DNA of 64,000 bases from an uncultured Candidatus Bathyarchaeia archaeon (GCA_964465575.1 CAYXIF010000006.1:14445-78444); one strand, 5' to 3'; counted from the first letter of the stretch, positions 26,570-35,958 are shown. Numbers and translations are program-made. Notes: generated by a model not told the origin, from the letters alone.

Positions 26570-27487
26570 GTGAAAAAGGTCACAGTTGTCGGAGTAGGCA
26601 ATCTGGGTTCTTGCATAGCTTACGAGGTAGCAAACAGAGGACTTGTGGACAAGCTCGTTTTGGTTGACATATGCCAAGAGTTGGCAGAGGGAAACGCCAC
26701 TGACATCGCTCAAGCATTGGCCTTCCGGAACAACACAGAAGTCAAGGCAGGAGACTATAAGGATGCTGAAGGCTCACAGGTCATCGTTGTAACGGCAGGG
26801 AAACCTCGGTCACCAGACATGAAATCGAGGATGGAGCTTTTTGAAGCAAACAGGAGAATAATCGCCGCGGTTGCCTCGGAGATAAGGAAGAATATTGGAC
26901 AAGAATCGGTCATCGTGACCTTGACCAACCCAGTCGATGTAATGAACTACCTAATGTGGAAGAACGTTGGTCTAGACAGGAGAAAGGTGCTCGGAAGCGC
27001 AGGAATGCTGGACTCAGCCAGATTGAGGACCGTGCTGGCTAGAATGCTTCGAACTCCTGTTCTTGATGTGAAGGCATACGTCTTAGGGGAGCACGGAGAG
27101 AGCCAAGTGCCTGTTTTCAGCCAAGTCAGTATAGAGGGGAGGAAGAGGGCCTTTAACCAAACCGAACGAAGAGAGATGGCAAAACGGCTGAGAGAGTCCG
27201 CGCTGGAGGTGATCTCCAAGAAAGGCGCTACGATCTACGCGCCAACAAGCAATACTGTGACCATGATCCAAGCAATACTGCATGATGAAAAGCGGCTTGC
27301 TGTCTGCTCGGTCGTTTTGGATGGGGAGTACGGTCTGAAGAACGTGAGCTTAGGCGTCCCTGTCATACTGGGAGAGAATGGCGTTGAGCAGGTTCTGGAA
27401 TGGGAACTTGATGAAGAAGAGAAAGCGATATTCTACCAAGGAGCGGAGAATCTGAGGAAGACAATCGCGGATGTCTCTGCTATGTGA
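26570..27487 (+). CDS. mdh: Malate dehydrogenase (LDH-like MDH family)
   Basis: 305 aa. Rossmann VVGVGNLGS, substrate loop TAGKPRSPDMKSRMEL with Arg at the MDH-discriminating position, and catalytic GEHGES. Confidence 0.88.
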   Translation: MKKVTVVGVGNLGSCIAYEVANRGLVDKLVLVDICQELAEGNATDIAQALAFRNNTEVKAGDYKDAEGSQVIVVTAGKPRSPDMKSRMELFEANRRIIAAVASEIRKNIGQESVIVTLTNPVDVMNYLMWKNVGLDRRKVLGSAGMLDSARLRTVLARMLRTPVLDVKAYVLGEHGESQVPVFSQVSIEGRKRAFNQTERREMAKRLRESALEVISKKGATIYAPTSNTVTMIQAILHDEKRLAVCSVVLDGEYGLKNVSLGVPVILGENGVEQVLEWELDEEEKAIFYQGAENLRKTIADVSAM

Positions 27488-27492
27488 GTTGC

Positions 27493-28245
27493 CTAGATTC
27501 CCTCTGCTGTGTTCCAGAGATGCTGGAAGTAATCCTTCGCGAACTTCACTAGGCCGAGATGGTCCGACCATATGACCAACGAGGGCTTCTTTTCGCCTAA
27601 GATCAGTAGTGCCTCGCGACTGTCAGCTATTATGCCACCCCCGAACATGCTGTCTCTAGCTCTGATATCACATGTCTTGGAAAGGTTCCCCATAGCCGCG
27701 ACGGAGTCTCTGGAAACCATGATGAGAACCCGTACGTTCGAGTTCAGAAGACCCTTAAGCAATGGGAGCACACCTCTAACGATGGCCTCGGTCAGCACGG
27801 GCACCGCAATCATGAGCTCGCTCTCCGCATTTTGGACCATGTCCTTCAGCTTGGCGATGGCATCGAACTCCCCACGCAATATCCACACGTCTGGTTTTTC
27901 TCTCACCTCCCTTTTCTCGTAGAGCGGCTGAAGCTCCTCTAGAACCGACTTCCGCCAAAGCTTCATCGTGTCCTCGAGCCGCAACCTTGTCGCCTCAAGA
28001 GCCTCAGCTGGCGGCTTCGGAAAGTAATGCTTGGGCCTGTCGGTACTGGTTTCGATCCAGCTCTTCTTCTCTAGAGAATTGAGTGTCTCGTATATCTTTG
28101 AGTAGGGGATGTCTGTGTTCTGGCTGATCTGACTTGCTGTCGTGACCCCGATTCTTAGGAGGTGCAGATACGCGCGGCTTTCGTACTCGGTCAGCCCGAT
28201 CTCTCTCAACGCGGCTTTAGCTTTCTCGCTTACAGGCTCGGTCAA
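27493..28245 (-). CDS. TrmB-family transcriptional regulator
   Basis: 250 aa. N-terminal wHTH LREIGLTEYESRAYLHLLRIGVTTASQISQNTDIPYSKIYETLNSLEKKSWIE plus a C-terminal TrmB effector-like domain. Confidence 0.85.
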   Translation of the reverse strand: MTEPVSEKAKAALREIGLTEYESRAYLHLLRIGVTTASQISQNTDIPYSKIYETLNSLEKKSWIETSTDRPKHYFPKPPAEALEATRLRLEDTMKLWRKSVLEELQPLYEKREVREKPDVWILRGEFDAIAKLKDMVQNAESELMIAVPVLTEAIVRGVLPLLKGLLNSNVRVLIMVSRDSVAAMGNLSKTCDIRARDSMFGGGIIADSREALLILGEKKPSLVIWSDHLGLVKFAKDYFQHLWNTAEGI

Positions 28246-28334
28246 TACTACCTTTCACCTTGTGAATCGTTTCGAAACTCTATTATACAGAGTCGCCTAG
28301 TCCAGATAAATGTTACAACCGTCAGTGGTGAAAA

Positions 28335-29825
28335 ATGAAGGTAGTAAAGGAAACGAAGAGCCTTTGTCCCGACTGCCTGAAGGTTCTTGACGCCACAGTC
28401 TTTGAGGAGGACAATACGGTCTACATCAAAAAGGAGTGCGACGAACATGGCTTCTTTCAGGATGTTTACTGGTCTGACCGCGACCAATACGAGAGAGTCA
28501 AAGCCTTTGAATACATTGGCAACGGAGTTGAGAACCCGAGAACACAGACGAAGCTAGACTGCCCATACGACTGTGGGCTCTGTCCACAGCACAAGTCGCA
28601 CACAGTCCTATCGATTATTGATGTCACGAACCGTTGTAACCTGAGATGCCCTGTCTGCTTTGCGACGGCGGGAACCACAGGTTACGTGTACGAGCCTTCA
28701 AAAGAACAGATCAAGGACATGTTCCTGAACCTCAGAAGCAACAAGCCGGTCGCAGCTGACGCGCTTCAGTTCTCGGGCGGCGAACCCACAATCCGAGATG
28801 ACCTGCCTGAACTCGTGAAGATGGCCAAGGAGATGGGGTTCAAACACATCGAGGTTAATACAAACGGTCTTAGGCTGGCGGGAAGCGTTGACTACTGCCA
28901 AACTCTGAAGGATGCTGGGGTCAGCACTTTCTACCTGCAGTTCGACGGCGTGACTCCCGATGTCTACAGGTTCACGAGGGGGGCTGACCTAATCGATACC
29001 AAGAGGAAAGTTATTCAAAACTGCAGAGAGGCAGGCTTGAACAGCGTTGTCCTAGTATGCACCTTAGTCAGGGGAGTCAACGACCATCAGATAGGAGACA
29101 TCATCAACTTCGCCATCCAGAACTTCGACGTAGTTCGATGTGTGAACTTTCAGCCCGTTTCACTCTGTGGCAGAATCCCCGAGCAAGAACGAAAGAGAAT
29201 GCGCATAACGATACCAGACTTCATGAAGCTTGCGGAGCAACAGACTGAAGGGCAGGTCAAGGTCTCGGACTTCTATCCTGTCCCAACTGTTGTTCCAGTT
29301 TCGAGAGCTGTGGGAGCCATGAAGAGCAAGCGTTATCCGGAGTTCACCGCTCATCCTCACTGTGGCATGGCAACCTACATTTTCGTCGAGGACAACAAGA
29401 TCATCCCGATCACTCAGTACGGCAATGTTGACAAGTTCATCAAGACAATGGAGAAATCCTACGAGGACTATGCAAAAGGGCACGCCGCAAGAGGGAGGAT
29501 GCGCCTTATGGGTTCGCTTAGACACGTTAGGTTCGCCATGCTAAGGAGATATATTCTTCCTCTTTTGAAGACTGGAAGCTACAAGTCTCTGGGTGAACTC
29601 CACAGAAAGATGCTGATGGTTTCGGCGATGCATTTCATGGATCCCTACAACTTTGATCTTGAAAGGGTTCAACGCTGCTGCATTCATTATGCGGTTCCTG
29701 ATGGTAGGATCATACCTTTCTGCACAATGAATTCGATACACAGACCTGATGTCGAGAAGAAGCTCGGCGTTCCGATCGAAGAATGGAGGAAGAAGCACAA
29801 GGTAGACGTAGGCGCGGTCGCCTAG
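28335..29825 (+). CDS. Radical SAM protein with N-terminal Cys-rich (rubredoxin/zinc-ribbon-like) domain; family of MJ0619 / tetraether lipid synthase (Tes, GDGT-MAS)-like enzymes
   Basis: 496 aa. N-terminal CPDC...C.EHG, a second motif CPYDCGLCPQH, and the radical SAM cluster CNLRCPVCFA. The assignment to Tes rather than a paralog is from memory of the family layout only. Confidence 0.6.
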   Translation: MKVVKETKSLCPDCLKVLDATVFEEDNTVYIKKECDEHGFFQDVYWSDRDQYERVKAFEYIGNGVENPRTQTKLDCPYDCGLCPQHKSHTVLSIIDVTNRCNLRCPVCFATAGTTGYVYEPSKEQIKDMFLNLRSNKPVAADALQFSGGEPTIRDDLPELVKMAKEMGFKHIEVNTNGLRLAGSVDYCQTLKDAGVSTFYLQFDGVTPDVYRFTRGADLIDTKRKVIQNCREAGLNSVVLVCTLVRGVNDHQIGDIINFAIQNFDVVRCVNFQPVSLCGRIPEQERKRMRITIPDFMKLAEQQTEGQVKVSDFYPVPTVVPVSRAVGAMKSKRYPEFTAHPHCGMATYIFVEDNKIIPITQYGNVDKFIKTMEKSYEDYAKGHAARGRMRLMGSLRHVRFAMLRRYILPLLKTGSYKSLGELHRKMLMVSAMHFMDPYNFDLERVQRCCIHYAVPDGRIIPFCTMNSIHRPDVEKKLGVPIEEWRKKHKVDVGAVA

Positions 29826-29872
29826 AGAAATCTATAAATCTCAGTGCTGGTTCTTGAATGTGAGGTTCAAAC

Positions 29873-30205
29873 ATGGGCGGCGGCAAGAAAAAGCTAAGTA
29901 TATCCCAGCTGGAAAAGGCGCAGACCAGAGAAGAAGCCAAGGGCAAGAGCGGCAAGCGTGGCAGCGCAACACCAAGCGCTCAGAAGAAGATGTTGGGTGT
30001 AGTTCCACTGGACGCAAGGGATAAGAGCGTTGCAAGGGAATTGCTTAAGATGAAAGTGCTGACGCCCTATACCGTGGCCTCCCGTTTCAACATTCGCCTT
30101 AGTGCCGCAAAAGATCTTCTTGAGGAACTGCATCACCAAGGAGTTATCACTTACGTGTCCGGTGGCAGAAACACAAGGATCTACAGAAACGTCGAACAGG
30201 CCTGA
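29873..30205 (+). CDS. rps25e: 30S ribosomal protein S25e
   Basis: 110 aa. Lys-rich N-terminus and a wHTH-like core LTPYTVASRFNIRLSAAKDLLEELHHQGVI. Confidence 0.85.
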   Translation: MGGGKKKLSISQLEKAQTREEAKGKSGKRGSATPSAQKKMLGVVPLDARDKSVARELLKMKVLTPYTVASRFNIRLSAAKDLLEELHHQGVITYVSGGRNTRIYRNVEQA

Positions 30206-30258
30206 AATAGCAGAAGCCTTTCTGGTTCACTACTCGCACGATTGCAGCGTCAGCTAGC

Positions 30259-30639
30259 CTAGATCCGTTCAACCCTTATCTTGGTACCGCTCTTTACTTC
30301 GGCGAAGGCCTCGAGATTCTCCGTCACTCTGCCGATAGGGTTCACAGAACTGTACGGCCTGGTTTTGTCGTGGAATATGCAGAAGGCTTTTCCCATCGGC
30401 CAGTAAGCTATTGTTCCTTTCTCAACCTCGTTCTTTGCCTTTTCTTCTCCCATGTTGAGTGGTGCCTCGAAGTAGACTTCGCCGTGCCACAGGGCGGCCC
30501 TTCCTTCTATTGGCAGTCTCTTCGTCAAGGTATCTACTGTCCTAGGTGCGAGAAACCGGATTAGCTCCCCTCTTGCTTCGCCCAGCCCGTCTATTGTCAT
30601 TTTTATGGCGATGCGGGACACGTCACGGCTTGTCGTCAT
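30259..30639 (-). CDS. Cyclophilin-like superfamily protein (TM1367-like), paralog 2
   Basis: 126 aa. LPIEGRAALWHGEVYFEAPL...GTIAYWPMGKAFCIFHD...VNPIGRV. Same pattern as 25215..25625. Confidence 0.65.
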   Translation of the reverse strand: MTTSRDVSRIAIKMTIDGLGEARGELIRFLAPRTVDTLTKRLPIEGRAALWHGEVYFEAPLNMGEEKAKNEVEKGTIAYWPMGKAFCIFHDKTRPYSSVNPIGRVTENLEAFAEVKSGTKIRVERI

Positions 30640-30706
30640 GAGCCTCTAACCATGTATCTGCGGAAAGTCTTAATAAAAAGTTCTGTGCAGTCAAGCATGA
30701 TGAAAA

Positions 30707-30919
30707 ATGTTCGGCACTGAAGGCATAGGTGCAAGGACCAAAGACTTGGAAAAGCAAAGAGACAAGCTTGTCGAAGATTTGAAGAAACTCGAGGAACGCC
30801 TAAAAAAGGGCGAGTTTGACGAGAACACGTACAAGGAGAAGAGGCGCGAGATTGAAAGGGAGATTGTCGAAGTAATGGACAGACTTGCCCAGATGCGTTT
30901 CATCTCTGGCCAAGCTTAG
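30707..30919 (+). CDS. Small coiled-coil protein with SHOCT-like motif
   Basis: 70 aa, charged heptads. KKGEFDENTYKEKRREIE resembles the SHOCT pattern. Confidence 0.4.
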   Translation: MFGTEGIGARTKDLEKQRDKLVEDLKKLEERLKKGEFDENTYKEKRREIEREIVEVMDRLAQMRFISGQA

Positions 30920-31071
30920 GCAGTTTCCCGTTCTTTGCTAAGAACAGTCTCGGCTTGGCTGAGCAGCCGAGCGAGATTATTGTTCTCCCCAACTATGCCA
31001 GAGCCTCTGAAAAAAGGATGAAAAGGTTAAAATAAAGATGGACTCTATTGCAGATGTTGCGGAAAGGAGAC

Positions 31072-31167
31072 GCTCCGGTAGTATAGTCCGGCCAAGTATT
31101 CCGGCCTTTCGACAGAGAAACTGGAAGAAAGCCGGAAACCCGGGTTCAAATCCCGGCCGGAGCACCA
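31072..31167 (+). tRNA. tRNA-Glu(UUC) with canonical-position 18-nt intron (about 31112-31129, after position 37); CCA encoded
   Basis: GCTCCGG-TA-GTATAGTCCGGCCAAGTAT-T-CCGGC-CTTTCG[ACAGAGAAACTGGAAGAA]A-GCCGG-AAAC-CCGGG-TTCAAAT-CCCGG-CCGGAGC-A-CCA. All stems are Watson-Crick after intron removal. Confidence 0.88.
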
Positions 31168-31277
31168 TGCATCTCCGTCCTGATGGCAAGTTCTGAACAG
31201 CCAGCCCTCGTATCCTTCTTGAGCAATAGAACAAGTCTTTTAAGAGGGGGAGGCGGCAGTACCGTGGGGATCAGATC

Positions 31278-31661
31278 ATGGCCAGGAGAGTGCAGAGCAG
31301 AGTAGGCTTGACCGTTCTTGGCAAGAGAATTGATGTCGAAGCCATCTTTGATACGGGTGCCACTAGGAGTTTTGTGAGCTCCCAGCTAGCTGAGAAGTTG
31401 GGCTACGTGAGGTATGATAGACCTAGGGACGTCCTGCTGGCAACTGAGGATAAAAAGGCATTGATGACGGGTGAACTGATAGCAAGAGTGACAATCCTCG
31501 GATATGAGCTCCCACTTAGCCATGTGTTCGGCGTCATAGAAGCCCTTAATCACGACACAATAATAGGAATGGACATGATGGAACCCTACGAAATACTAGT
31601 AGACGCTAAGGAAGGCAAAGTTTCCTTTAGGAAGTTCCCACCAACGATAGAGATAATATGA
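31278..31661 (+). CDS. Retropepsin-like (clan AA) aspartic protease
   Basis: 127 aa. Catalytic IFDTGATRSFVS and flap/dimer motif TIIGMDMM. Confidence 0.75.
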   Translation: MARRVQSRVGLTVLGKRIDVEAIFDTGATRSFVSSQLAEKLGYVRYDRPRDVLLATEDKKALMTGELIARVTILGYELPLSHVFGVIEALNHDTIIGMDMMEPYEILVDAKEGKVSFRKFPPTIEII

Positions 31662-31721
31662 TGCCGAAGCACTAAATGTAGTTCATTTTCCCAAAGCAAT
31701 GAGAGTCTTTTTTGACCAGAG

Positions 31722-31819
31722 GCTTCGACAGTATAGTCCGACCGAATATGCCGGTCTCTCATTGCCCCTGTTGGGCAGAAGAAAGCCACGGACTAGGATA
31801 CAAATCCCACCCTCGCCCA
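31722..31819 (+). pseudogene. Degenerate tRNA-Glu(CUC)-like sequence (5' half tRNA-like, 3' half does not fold)
   Basis: GCTTCGA-CA-GTATAGTCCGACCGAATAT-G-CCGGT-CTCTCA mirrors the 5' half of the nearby tRNA-Glu, with a CTC anticodon. No matching 3' anticodon-stem strand, a defective T loop (GGATACAAATCCC) and no complementary acceptor 3' strand. Confidence 0.3.
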
Positions 31820-32386
31820 TCTGCAAAAAAACTTGATTCCATAATTCCCCCCGTAGTCGTAGCGAGAGAAATGCTAGATACGCTACTTTTCACACTATCA
31901 CGAAATAATGCTTACACTTGCCTGCGATGCCCGAAGATTGTTTCCAAAGCCTTTCGAGCGTTAACTACACCCAATGAAAAGAAGAAGGAAAGCCATGGGA
32001 TCGGTTGACGAGAACCAGAGGAGCTATAGGTGAAGTTGCTGCGGCGGTTGTTTTCTCCACTCCGGCAGTTGCCCCCGATAGGGAGCGAGGAGGGAGGGAT
32101 TGCTGGAACACAGTTGTCATAGAGCAAGAAGGGGAAAGAATTGTCTTGTTGTAGAAGTCAAGACAAACAAAGTACGCTCATCAAAGAGGAATAAGAAAGA
32201 ACTCGAACTCGCCTAAAAGGTATGGTTTCAAAGATAGTTGTAAGACCTTAGACCTAAGGTAACATTGACTGCTGATTACAGGGATGTCACTATGGAAATA
32301 CTGTAGTTGCTTAACTCAAGTCTTCGAAGACCTTCAACAACTGCTATTCTCACTTTACCTCGCTTAGTTTTCGGAAAGGTAGGGGT

Positions 32387-32422
32387 GTGACTGTAATGCC
32401 ACAGTCACAAAGGTTTTTATAG
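32387..32422 (+). promoter_or_regulatory. Palindromic operator GTGACTGT-N6-ACAGTCAC abutting the BRE/TATA (AAAGGTTTTTATAG) of the MCO gene
   Basis: Perfect 8-bp inverted repeat at 32387-32394 / 32401-32408, then a TATA at 32414-32422, about 40 nt before ATG 32461. The same module recurs at 36202-36237. Confidence 0.5.
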
Positions 32423-32460
32423 TTTTTCCATAAATTCTGGCATACAGAAGGTATTAGAAA

Positions 32461-35400
32461 ATGTCTAAATCTAAGATAAGAAATTCTTCGAATACAAGTG
32501 GAGTTCATTCGTTTCGGACCATTGTAATCACAGCTCTCTTAGTGACTTCTTTGTTTGCTTCTTCACTAGCTTCTCTGATTGTAAACGTGAGCTATGCTCA
32601 GACGTTACAAGTGCCACACTATTTCGGTCCTTACCCCAACTACGCCACCAGCCAGCTCCCAACAGTAACTTATGATGGACTTGGCAACATTGTCAGTGTT
32701 ACAGGAGGAATCAGGAAATTCATAGACTCCCTACCACTGCTTGGACCCACGGGCGCAAACACGCCCCTCGGACAATACATACCAATTGCTGTCAAAGACA
32801 CAACAACGTATCTCGGGTCTGACTACTACGAAATCGCAGTAGTCGAATATTATCAACAGATGCATTCGGATTTGGCTCCCACCAGATTGAGAGGTTACGT
32901 TCAGTTGTGGACGTCAACTCTCCCGGGTACAGGGGTTCCACTGACGAATCTTAACGGAACTAACGCTACCCCAATTCTGATGCCCAACGGTGTTCAAGCA
33001 GTTGGCGTGGACATTCCCCGCTACCTCGGACCTTTCATCATGGCCGAAAAAGACCGCCCAGTGCGCGTCAAATTCTACAACTTATTACCTAAAGGCGCCG
33101 GAGGCGACCTCTTCATACCCGTCGACACCACCGTCATGGGATCAGGAATGGGTCCAATAGATATGCCCGGAATGCCTGGAATGAAAGAAAGCTATACGCA
33201 AAACAGAGCAACCCTGCACCTTCACGGCGGCCGCACACCATGGATCAGCGATGGCACTGCTCATCAATGGATAACACCTGCTGGAGAAGACACAGTGTAC
33301 CCCAAAGGAGTCAGTGTCTACAATGTTCCAGACATGCCTGACCCTGGCCCTGGAGCGATGACTTTCTTCTACACCAATCAGCAGAGCGCAAGGCTGATGT
33401 TCTACCACGACCACTCTTACGGGATCACCAGACTCAACGTATACGCCGGTGAAGCTGCAGGCTATCTTCTAACGGACAATATCGAAAAGGCTCTGATTGC
33501 AGATCTACTCATCCCAGCTGACCAGATTCCCTTGATAATACAAGACAAGACCTTTGTGCCAGACAACACAGTGCCAATAACTAACATGTGGGGAACCTTC
33601 TCGTCACAGCTTGCATTCCAGGATCCCACATGGGATACTACCATGTGGGGTGGACCTGGAAGTCTTTGGTATCCGCACGTTTACATGACGATGCAGAACC
33701 CAGGCGACCCGTCGGGAATGAACACCTTCGGACGATGGCAGTATGGTCCATGGTTCTGGCCTCCAACAGTAGTAGAGCAAGGACCGATACCGAACCCATA
33801 CTACCCAGGCGGACCGTTGTACAGCCCAACTTATCCATACAATCACTTGGAGCCGGCGATGATACCGGGAACACCCAACATCTCAATGCCAGGAGAAGCC
33901 TTCATGGACACCCCAGTCATCAACGGCATCGCCTATCCATACCTAGAAGTGGAACCAAAAGCCTACAGATTCCGCATCCTAAACGCCGCTGACGACCGAT
34001 TCTTCAACCTGCAGATATATGTTGCTGACAGCTCCGTCACCACCTTTGATGGAAGAACCAACACTGAAGTCAAAATGGTGCCCGCAGTCCTGACGCCAGG
34101 CTTTCCGGAGGGCTGGCCGACAGACGGAAGGGAAGGCGGCGTACCTGATCCAGCAACAGCTGGTCCGTCATTCATCCAAATCGGAAATGAAGGCGGCTTC
34201 CTACCAGCGCCAGTGGTGCTTCCAATGCAGCCTGTCGATTGGAACATGGATCAAGGAACCTTTGATTTCGGTCTGGTCAACAAATACACGCTTCTACTGG
34301 GAACTGCCGAACGTGCTGACGTAATCGTTGACTTCTCCGCATTTGCAGGCAAAACCCTCATCCTCTACAATGACTGTCCAGCACCAGTTCCAGCTTCCGA
34401 TCCACGCCAAGACTACTACACAGGAAAACCAGATCAGACAGATAGCGGCGGCTCCCCCACAACCATAGCTGGCTACGGGTCTAACACTCGAACAATAATG
34501 CAGATTCGAGTCGCTAACACACCTCCAGCAGCTCCATTTGATTTAGTAGCATTAGAGCAAGCTTTCGCCGCGGGCGTCTTCGCCCAATCACAAAACCCGA
34601 TCATAGTCCCGCAAGCTGCCTACGGTTCAGCCTATGGCACAACTTTCCCCGACGTCTACTCGAACATATTTGACAACTCGCTGACATTCACGCCAATAGA
34701 CTCGACAACGTCAGTGACCATTCCGTTCCAAGCAAAGGCTATCCAGGACGAGATGGGCGAAGCCTTCGACCATGTATACGGACGAATGGCCGTCCAGTTC
34801 GGACTCGAGTTGCCAAAGACACGAGCCCTGATGCAGACCACGCTGCTCTACAATTTTGGAGATCCACCCACCGAGATTGTCAAGACTTCAGTCGCTGGCA
34901 CTCAAATCGGAACGCTAGGCGACGGAACACAAATCTGGAAGATAACACACAACGGCGTCGACGTCCACACCGTACACTGGCACATGTTTGAAGTGCAGCT
35001 GATCAACCGAGTAGCATGGGACAACAACATAAGAATTCCTGACCCCAACGAGCTTGGCTGGAAAGAAACACTCAGAGTAAACCCACTTCAAGACACTATC
35101 GTGGCTCTGAGACCAATCGTTCCAGTCGTACCCTTCGACCTTCCAAACAGCGTTCGCCCGATTGACCCAACAATGCCTCTTGGCGCCACATTGAAGACGC
35201 AGAACATCTTCGACATCACAGGAGAACCGATAACCCTAACCAACCACTTAGTCAACTTCGGCTGGGAATACGCGTGGCACTGCCACATCTTAGCACATGA
35301 AGAGATGGACATGATGCGCCCGATAATAGTTGCAGTCCCGCCCAGAGCGCCAACCAATTTGGCCGTCAGTGTGCAAGGAAGAAGAGCAACTTTGACTTGG

Positions 35401-35946
35401 ACGGACAATTCCTTGAGCGAAACCAGTTTCACTATTGAGAGAGCAGAAAACACTGCCTTCACTATAGGATTAACGACCTTCACGGTAGGAGCGAACGTGC
35501 AAACATACACCGACAATAGCATCAAGAACAAACAGCTCTACTATTACAGGGTCAAAGCTACCAACCTCGTCGGTGACACGACAAAATACTCTCCTCCAGC
35601 AGTCGGCTTCCAAACAATGTCAGTTGACTCAGAACCCAGCAATGTGGCAATTATTGATGCAATCCCTGCGGCTCCTTCGAATCTTCAAGCAACTTCGCTA
35701 GTAGGCAGTGGCGTTGTGCAATTAGCATGGAACGACAATTCCGAAAATGAACAAGGCTTCCTGCTCCAAAGAGCGACCAACAAAGGTTTCAGCCAAAACT
35801 TGGTAACCATCACGCTAGGATCGAACACACACACGTATGTTGACACAACGGTTACACTAAACACGCGCTACTACTACAGGGTGCAAGCCTTCAATGCACT
35901 AGGAAACTCTGCATATTCCAACACTGCCAGCGTTATGCCGATCTAA
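32461..35946 (+). CDS. Secreted multicopper oxidase (laccase/bilirubin-oxidase-like) with two C-terminal fibronectin type III domains
   Basis: 1161 aa. N-terminal signal/anchor. Copper motifs TLHLHGG, FYHDHSYG, HTVHWHMFEVQ and WHCHILAHEEMDMM. Two FN3-like repeats (PRAPTNLAVSV...YYYRVKATN and PAAPSNLQATS...YYYRVQAFN). Confidence 0.9.
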   Translation: MSKSKIRNSSNTSGVHSFRTIVITALLVTSLFASSLASLIVNVSYAQTLQVPHYFGPYPNYATSQLPTVTYDGLGNIVSVTGGIRKFIDSLPLLGPTGANTPLGQYIPIAVKDTTTYLGSDYYEIAVVEYYQQMHSDLAPTRLRGYVQLWTSTLPGTGVPLTNLNGTNATPILMPNGVQAVGVDIPRYLGPFIMAEKDRPVRVKFYNLLPKGAGGDLFIPVDTTVMGSGMGPIDMPGMPGMKESYTQNRATLHLHGGRTPWISDGTAHQWITPAGEDTVYPKGVSVYNVPDMPDPGPGAMTFFYTNQQSARLMFYHDHSYGITRLNVYAGEAAGYLLTDNIEKALIADLLIPADQIPLIIQDKTFVPDNTVPITNMWGTFSSQLAFQDPTWDTTMWGGPGSLWYPHVYMTMQNPGDPSGMNTFGRWQYGPWFWPPTVVEQGPIPNPYYPGGPLYSPTYPYNHLEPAMIPGTPNISMPGEAFMDTPVINGIAYPYLEVEPKAYRFRILNAADDRFFNLQIYVADSSVTTFDGRTNTEVKMVPAVLTPGFPEGWPTDGREGGVPDPATAGPSFIQIGNEGGFLPAPVVLPMQPVDWNMDQGTFDFGLVNKYTLLLGTAERADVIVDFSAFAGKTLILYNDCPAPVPASDPRQDYYTGKPDQTDSGGSPTTIAGYGSNTRTIMQIRVANTPPAAPFDLVALEQAFAAGVFAQSQNPIIVPQAAYGSAYGTTFPDVYSNIFDNSLTFTPIDSTTSVTIPFQAKAIQDEMGEAFDHVYGRMAVQFGLELPKTRALMQTTLLYNFGDPPTEIVKTSVAGTQIGTLGDGTQIWKITHNGVDVHTVHWHMFEVQLINRVAWDNNIRIPDPNELGWKETLRVNPLQDTIVALRPIVPVVPFDLPNSVRPIDPTMPLGATLKTQNIFDITGEPITLTNHLVNFGWEYAWHCHILAHEEMDMMRPIIVAVPPRAPTNLAVSVQGRRATLTWTDNSLSETSFTIERAENTAFTIGLTTFTVGANVQTYTDNSIKNKQLYYYRVKATNLVGDTTKYSPPAVGFQTMSVDSEPSNVAIIDAIPAAPSNLQATSLVGSGVVQLAWNDNSENEQGFLLQRATNKGFSQNLVTITLGSNTHTYVDTTVTLNTRYYYRVQAFNALGNSAYSNTASVMPI

Positions 35947-35958
35947 GCCAAAATAAGT

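Noticed and set aside
30977-31234. 85-aa minus-strand ORF
   Set aside because: It completely covers the well-folded tRNA-Glu(UUC) gene on the opposite strand, and no protein motif is present.
31712-32008. 98-aa plus-strand ORF
   Set aside because: It starts inside the tRNA-like sequence and runs through low-information DNA, with no motif or RBS/TATA context.
31072-32400. Integrated mobile element at the tRNA-Glu locus
   Set aside because: There is no integrase, no clear direct repeats matching the tRNA 3' end, and only one small cargo gene. It is kept as a low-confidence scenario in the findings rather than called as a mobile element.
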